Source of the DNA: a bacterium
GTDB taxonomy: Bacteria > RBG-13-61-14 > DATKZS01
Direction of reading: 5' to 3'
Length of the DNA stretch: 64,000 nt
Assembly (NCBI GenBank): GCA_963674965.2
Contig: CAXXFL010000007.1
Coordinates: 320,001-384,000, forward strand
The notes below the pieces were generated by a model, which saw only the letters and a program-made list of their open reading frames with translations, was not told where the DNA came from and made no database searches. Shown in pieces: positions 59,282-64,000 of this stretch; position 1 is the first letter of the stretch, and each line of letters opens with the position of its first letter. A program made the translations under genes and the position numbers.

Positions 59282-60982
59282 TTAGTCCGCCGCGGTCGAG
59301 CGCAGCACTTCCTCGACCGTCGTGGTTCCCTCGGCGAGCCTCCTTAAGCCGGCCTTCCGAAGGGACAGCATTCCCAGACGCTGGGCCTCGGCCTTGAGCT
59401 CGGACGTGGAGGCCCCGTTTAAAATGAATTCCTTGATCTCGTCGTAAATGTACATGACCTCGGAGAGCGCTATCCTGCCCTTGTATCCGGTTTCCGAGCA
59501 CACGTGGCATCCCTCGCCCTTGTAGCACTGCATCGACTCGGCCTCCTCGGAGCTCAGTCCAAGGTCGATGAGGGCCGAGGGCTCGACGTCGATGGGTATC
59601 TTGCAGTCCTCGTGTATTTTCCTGGCCAGACGCTGCGCCTGGATGATGTTCACGGCGCTGGCCACGAGGAAGGGCTCGACGCCCATGTTAAGAAGCCTGT
59701 TGACCGTTCCCGGCGCGTCGTTGGTGTGGAGGGTGGAGAGGACCAAGTGGCCGGTAAGGGCCGCCTTGACCGCTATCTCGGCCGTCTCGAAGTCTCGAAT
59801 CTCTCCCACCATGATGATGTCCGGGTCCTGCCGGAGGAAGGACCGGAGGGCGGCGGCGAAGTTAAGTCCGATCTCCTCCTTCATTTGCACCTGGTTGATG
59901 CCCATGAGGTTGAACTCGACCGGGTCCTCGGCGGTGGAGATGTTGGTCGTCGTCTTGTTGAGGTCCGAAAGAGCTGAGTAAAGCGTGGTCGTCTTTCCCG
60001 ACCCCGTGGGCCCCGTGACCAGGACCATGCCGTAGGGCTGGTGGATGGCCTTGAGAAACAGGTCCAACTGCTCGGGAAAGAAGCCCAGCTTGGTCATGTC
60101 GAGTTGGAGGTTGGACTTGTCCAAAAGCCGGCAGACCACCTTCTCGCCGAAGAGGGTGGGAAGGACCGAGACGCGGTAGTCCATTTCCTTTCCCTTGCCC
60201 AGCTTGATCTTGATGCGGCCGTCCTGGGGAAGACGCCTCTCGGCGATGTCCAGGTTGCTCATGATTTTTATCCTGGCCACGATGGGGTTCTTCAACTTCA
60301 TGGGGGGCTTCATCACCTCGTAGAGGACCCCGTCAATGCGGTAGCGCACCCTGAAGCTCTTCTCGTAGGGCTCGACGTGAATATCGGAGGCGTTCTTTTT
60401 GATGGCGTCGGTGAGAATCAGGTTGACCAGCCTGATGACGGGGGCGTCGTCGGACGCCCTCTCCAGGTCGTTGATATTGACGTCGTCCTCGTCGTCGTCG
60501 CCCAGGGCGATGTCCAGGTCCTCGAAGTCTCCCAGCATGTCGTCGAGACTTTCGGATGATTGCGAGTAATATCCCTCGATGGCGTCGTTGATGGTATTCT
60601 CGGGGGCAACCACCACCTCGACCTTGTAGCCGGTCAGAAACTCGATGTCGCTGATGGCGAACATGTTCGAGGGATCGGCCATGGCCACCACCAATGTGCT
60701 CCCCGCCCGGTTGATCGGGATCAGCATGTGCTTCTTGGCCTGTTCTTCAGGGACGAGCTTGATAACTTCCTGGTCGATCTCGAACTCCGCCAGATTGATG
60801 GAGGGCACCCCGAACTGCTTGCTTAAAAAATCGGCCAACTCCTCTTCTTTAAGAAAGCCCAGGCGAGTCAGGTTCGCCCCCAGACGGCCTCCCCGCTTCT
60901 TTTGTTCCTCCAGCGCCTGCTGGAGCTCAGCCGGCGTAATCAGGTTCTCCCTGACTAACAACTCCCCCAATTTTTGGGCCAT
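59282..60982 (-). CDS. pilB: Type IV-A pilus assembly ATPase PilB
   Basis: N-terminal KLGELLV (MshEN-like), ERRLPQDGR, GPTGSGKT, LRQDPD. Confidence 0.96.
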   Translation of the reverse strand: MAQKLGELLVRENLITPAELQQALEEQKKRGGRLGANLTRLGFLKEEELADFLSKQFGVPSINLAEFEIDQEVIKLVPEEQAKKHMLIPINRAGSTLVVAMADPSNMFAISDIEFLTGYKVEVVVAPENTINDAIEGYYSQSSESLDDMLGDFEDLDIALGDDDEDDVNINDLERASDDAPVIRLVNLILTDAIKKNASDIHVEPYEKSFRVRYRIDGVLYEVMKPPMKLKNPIVARIKIMSNLDIAERRLPQDGRIKIKLGKGKEMDYRVSVLPTLFGEKVVCRLLDKSNLQLDMTKLGFFPEQLDLFLKAIHQPYGMVLVTGPTGSGKTTTLYSALSDLNKTTTNISTAEDPVEFNLMGINQVQMKEEIGLNFAAALRSFLRQDPDIIMVGEIRDFETAEIAVKAALTGHLVLSTLHTNDAPGTVNRLLNMGVEPFLVASAVNIIQAQRLARKIHEDCKIPIDVEPSALIDLGLSSEEAESMQCYKGEGCHVCSETGYKGRIALSEVMYIYDEIKEFILNGASTSELKAEAQRLGMLSLRKAGLRRLAEGTTTVEEVLRSTAAD

Positions 60983-61049
60983 TACATTCCCCCTAAACGA
61001 TTTCAGTTCGCAAGAAACCCATCCTAGGATAATGGTTTCCAGATTATCT

Positions 61050-61079
61050 ATTGTAATTAATTATATATAGCCGTGTCAA
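61050..61079 (-). promoter_or_regulatory. Sigma70 promoter TTGACA-N18-TACAAT for the pilB operon
   Basis: -35 at 61079-61074, -10 at 61055-61050. Confidence 0.55.
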
Positions 61080-61360
61080 GGCGGTCTTTAATTTGTTTTT
61101 AATAATAACGCCCATAAGCGGCAAAATCGCGATTTCCAACCACTCCCGAAAGGCACTAAGCCCTCCAGGACTCCACTCTTGCAACTCGGAAAATACGCCT
61201 TCCACGTCCGCGTTACTAAACGAGAGCGGCCGCCGCCGACCTCAAGGTCCTTAAACGACTCGAGCTATGCTGGCTCGATCTTTCGTTAACGCTTATTAGA
61301 TGATTTCAGTTCCAATAGGGATTCTACATTGAGGAAGCGTTTTGTTCCCCCCGACAATAA

Positions 61361-62629
61361 CTACGGGGAGCGGCCATCTCCATTCGCCTTTTCCTTATCC
61401 TCCTCAACTAGCACCTCAGTGATGGTCCTTTCGTTAGATTCCGAGATCGTGAAAACCAAATCCTTGTACCTTACGCGCTCGTCCTTGCGGGGAACGCGGC
61501 GGAAAAGGCTAAGCAGGAACCCGCCCATGGTTTCGTAATTGCCCTCGGGCAGGTCCCAGCCGAAAAGCTCGTTCAGGTCCCAGATCTCCATGCGGGCGCT
61601 GATGACCAGGCGCCCGTCCTCGAGACGTCGGTAAAGCACCACGTGGTCGTCGTGCTCATCCTCGATTTCACCGACGATTTCCTCGACTACGTCCTCCCTG
61701 GTTATTACCCCGACGCATCCGCCGAACTCGTCGACCACCACGGCGAAATCGTAAGAATCGCGGCGCATTGACATCAGCAGTTCATCTATCGGTTTATTGT
61801 AAGGAACGTATCTTGCCGATTTTATTATTTGCGAGATACTCGCCGACCGATCCTCCAGGTCGAGAAGGTCCCTGGTGCGAAGCACGCCGGTAACGTTGTC
61901 CACCCGGTCCCGAAAAGCCGGGTATCTGCTGTACATTCCGTTCGAGACCCGCCGCAGGGCCTCCCCCGCCGTGGCCGACTCGGAGATGGCCTCGACTTCT
62001 ATTAAAGGAATCATGACGTCCTCGACCACCGTCTCGTTAAAGGCGAATATCCTGTCGATTAAATGCCGGTCATCCTCGCTGAACGCGATCTGAGCGCTGG
62101 GGTCGGTGAGCATTATTTTCAACTCGTCCCTCGTGTACCACAGGGCGTCCAGGTTCCTGCCCCCGCTCAGGACGGCCTTTAAGAGAAGCGAAAGGACCGT
62201 CAAGGGAAGAACGACGGGAAAGAGGAGGAAAAGAAATATCCGCAGGGCCGAGAGCATGGGAAGAGCAAGGTCGTTGGCTCGCGGACGAGCGTACACCTTG
62301 GGCAGCACGTTGCCGAAAAGAATAAACAGAGGCCATGCCCCGGCTAAAGCGGCCGCCGGCCCCCATGGTCCCAGCCTGGCGCTCAGCCAGATGAAGGAGG
62401 GGATAACCGCCAGCACGACGCACAGGGTGGACCCGACGATGGTGGTGGCTAAAAACCACTGAGGCCTTTTGAGAAATCCCTCCGTGAGCGGCCGGGGGGA
62501 GCGCTCGGTCTCGGCCCTCCTTACGATAAGGGCCCAGTCCGCCGATAATATAGCTATTTCCGCCCCCGCGAAAAAGGAGGAGAAAAGCAGGCAAAAGAAC
62601 ACGAGCGCGGCTACCTCGAGGCCGCTCAT
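61361..62629 (-). CDS. CNNM/hemolysin (DUF21-CBS-CorC) family protein
   Basis: FFAGAE, VVVDEFGG..GVITREDVVEEIVGEIEDE, YETMGG. Confidence 0.92.
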   Translation of the reverse strand: MSGLEVAALVFFCLLFSSFFAGAEIAILSADWALIVRRAETERSPRPLTEGFLKRPQWFLATTIVGSTLCVVLAVIPSFIWLSARLGPWGPAAALAGAWPLFILFGNVLPKVYARPRANDLALPMLSALRIFLFLLFPVVLPLTVLSLLLKAVLSGGRNLDALWYTRDELKIMLTDPSAQIAFSEDDRHLIDRIFAFNETVVEDVMIPLIEVEAISESATAGEALRRVSNGMYSRYPAFRDRVDNVTGVLRTRDLLDLEDRSASISQIIKSARYVPYNKPIDELLMSMRRDSYDFAVVVDEFGGCVGVITREDVVEEIVGEIEDEHDDHVVLYRRLEDGRLVISARMEIWDLNELFGWDLPEGNYETMGGFLLSLFRRVPRKDERVRYKDLVFTISESNERTITEVLVEEDKEKANGDGRSP

Positions 62630-63912
62630 TGGCCTGGCCCCCTTTTTATTTCGATTTTATTGACGATGATCCCCTTGGCCTCGACTATTTTGAAGACCAG
62701 GCCCTCGATGGTCACTTCCTGGCCGGGCCGCGGCCTTTTTCCCAGCCTGGATATGACCAGCCCCGCCAGGGTGGCGTTGCCGTTCGCGGGAAGCGAGGCC
62801 CCCGTCCTGGCGTTGAATTCCTCCACGTCCATGCTTCCAAGCGCCATCCAATGGCTGTCGCCCAAGTTCAAGAGCTCGGGCTGGCCCGAGTGGGCCACCT
62901 CGCCGAATATCTCCTCGAGCACGTCCTCCAACGTGACCAGGCCGGCAAGGGCGCCGAACTCGTCCATCACGAAGGCGATGTGGGTCCTCTCCCGCCTGAA
63001 ATCCACCAAGAGGTCGCGAACGCGGCGGCTCTCGGGGGCGAAAAGAGGGATCCGCGTTACGTCCCTCAAGGTCAAGGGATGATCGGAGTCCTCGGAAAGC
63101 TTGAGACGGATAAGGTCCTTGGCCGTGACCACTCCCACTATCTCGTCCCGGTCGTTCTCGAAAACGGGGTACCTGGTATAGCCCTCCTCCCGCAGGACAC
63201 GGCGAGCCTCGTCCGCGCCCGAGGAGACCCGGATGGCCTTGATCTCGTGGCGGGGAGTCATCACGTCAAAGGCCGTCTTGTCACCGGAGGAAATTATGTT
63301 GGCCAACAGCTCCCGCTCGGTCAGGTCGAGAAGGCCCTCTCGTGACCCCTCCTCCACGATCCGCCTGATGTCATCCTCCTCCAGCACTTCAGCGGCCCCT
63401 GAGGGAACGCCAAGCGCAAGAAGAAACAATTCCGACCCCTTGAGGAAGGCCCATCGTAATGGAAAAAACAGGCGAGAGAAAAAAAAGACGGGATAGGAAA
63501 AAACCGGGGCCAGGGCGCTGGAAAAATAAACCCCCAGGGCCTTGGGCAGCGTCTGAGCGAAAACGAGAATCAATATCGTCGACGCGGCCATGGCGGAAAC
63601 GAGGGGGGCCGCCCCCTCGCTCACGGCCCCGCCCCAGGAAAAGGCTTTTTCCGGAAAACGAGCGACGTAAACCCAGGCGATGAGAATAACGCAGGCCAGG
63701 TCCGCCGTTTCGCTGCCCAGCGCCAGGGTGGCCAAAAGCCGGCGGGGATGGTCGAGCAGGGCCTTTATTAACGAGGCCGACCTTTTGCCCGAGCTTTCGA
63801 GTTTGGCCAGCCTGGCCGAGTTAAGCGAGAAGAGCGCGGCCTCGGCGGCGGAGAAAAATCCGCTGATAAACACCAGCGCGGCGACGATCGCCCACGCGGC
63901 CGGCCAGCTCAT
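62626..63912 (-). CDS. CNNM/hemolysin (DUF21-CBS-CorC) family protein
   Basis: FFSAAEAALFSL, VMTPR, MDEFG..GLVTLEDVLEEIFGE. Confidence 0.92.
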   Translation of the reverse strand: MSWPAAWAIVAALVFISGFFSAAEAALFSLNSARLAKLESSGKRSASLIKALLDHPRRLLATLALGSETADLACVILIAWVYVARFPEKAFSWGGAVSEGAAPLVSAMAASTILILVFAQTLPKALGVYFSSALAPVFSYPVFFFSRLFFPLRWAFLKGSELFLLALGVPSGAAEVLEEDDIRRIVEEGSREGLLDLTERELLANIISSGDKTAFDVMTPRHEIKAIRVSSGADEARRVLREEGYTRYPVFENDRDEIVGVVTAKDLIRLKLSEDSDHPLTLRDVTRIPLFAPESRRVRDLLVDFRRERTHIAFVMDEFGALAGLVTLEDVLEEIFGEVAHSGQPELLNLGDSHWMALGSMDVEEFNARTGASLPANGNATLAGLVISRLGKRPRPGQEVTIEGLVFKIVEAKGIIVNKIEIKRGPGQ

Positions 63913-64000
63913 TTGGACGCCCCCCCCGCCTCGGGCTCGAAATGCATGAAGATGGGGCGAGGCGGCTCGATTTCCTCGCCCTTACCGTTTAGTATCCTGA
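63909..64000 (-). CDS. C-terminal fragment of an unidentified gene
   Basis: Open frame ...RILNGKGEEIEPPRPIFMHFEPEAGGASK* whose TGA overlaps the next ATG. Confidence 0.5.
   Translation of the reverse strand, partial: RILNGKGEEIEPPRPIFMHFEPEAGGASK

Noticed and set aside
61044-61205. 53-codon GTG ORF (VEGVFSELQEWSPGGLSAFREWLE...) faintly like small antitoxins
   Set aside because: No SD, overlaps the pilB promoter and has no toxin partner.
1-64000. CRISPR arrays, tRNA/rRNA genes, prophage, Sec/Pyl recoding
   Set aside because: None seen by eye. Frequent CTCGAG reflects Leu-Glu codon usage, and both gene breaks need frameshifts rather than readthrough.

Overview
GC-rich bacterial chromosomal segment. 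The pilB-pilT-pilC-pilS-pilR order, an ftsB-linked GAF-GAF-GGDEF cyclase and a CNNM gene pair suggest a deltaproteobacterial lineage (Myxococcota/Desulfobacterota-like); this is inference. About 50 CDSs; no rRNA, tRNA or CRISPR array seen. Main blocks: (1) LolCDE-like ABC transporter, outer-membrane barrel and flavin oxidoreductase; (2) ExeA-like ATPase and GH172; (3) an AT-richer islet (~8.55-15.5 kb) with a PrsK/PrsR-like sigma54 two-component pair, a Cys-rich FlgD-Ig lipoprotein behind a -24/-12 promoter, and a complete 1764-bp IS flanked by a TAATTA duplication; (4) mdh, M28 peptidase, and an AarF kinase with an orphan CrtI-type desaturase; (5) a ~12-kb minus-strand putative catabolic locus (Tat sulfatase, two acyl-CoA dehydrogenases, DUF362 protein, TetR, ene-reductase, two paralogues of an uncharacterised secreted family) with palindromic operators on both promoters; (6) OprC-type receptor, B12 radical SAM, PPIase, aminotransferase, GT39, rhomboid; (7) exbBD-ftsB-dmxA-like, EF-G2; (8) a type IV pilus core without adjacent pilA, and a CNNM pair. 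Two single-base frameshifts (~22.7 kb, ~51.19 kb) are visible. All calls come from motif recognition by eye; no database searches were run.
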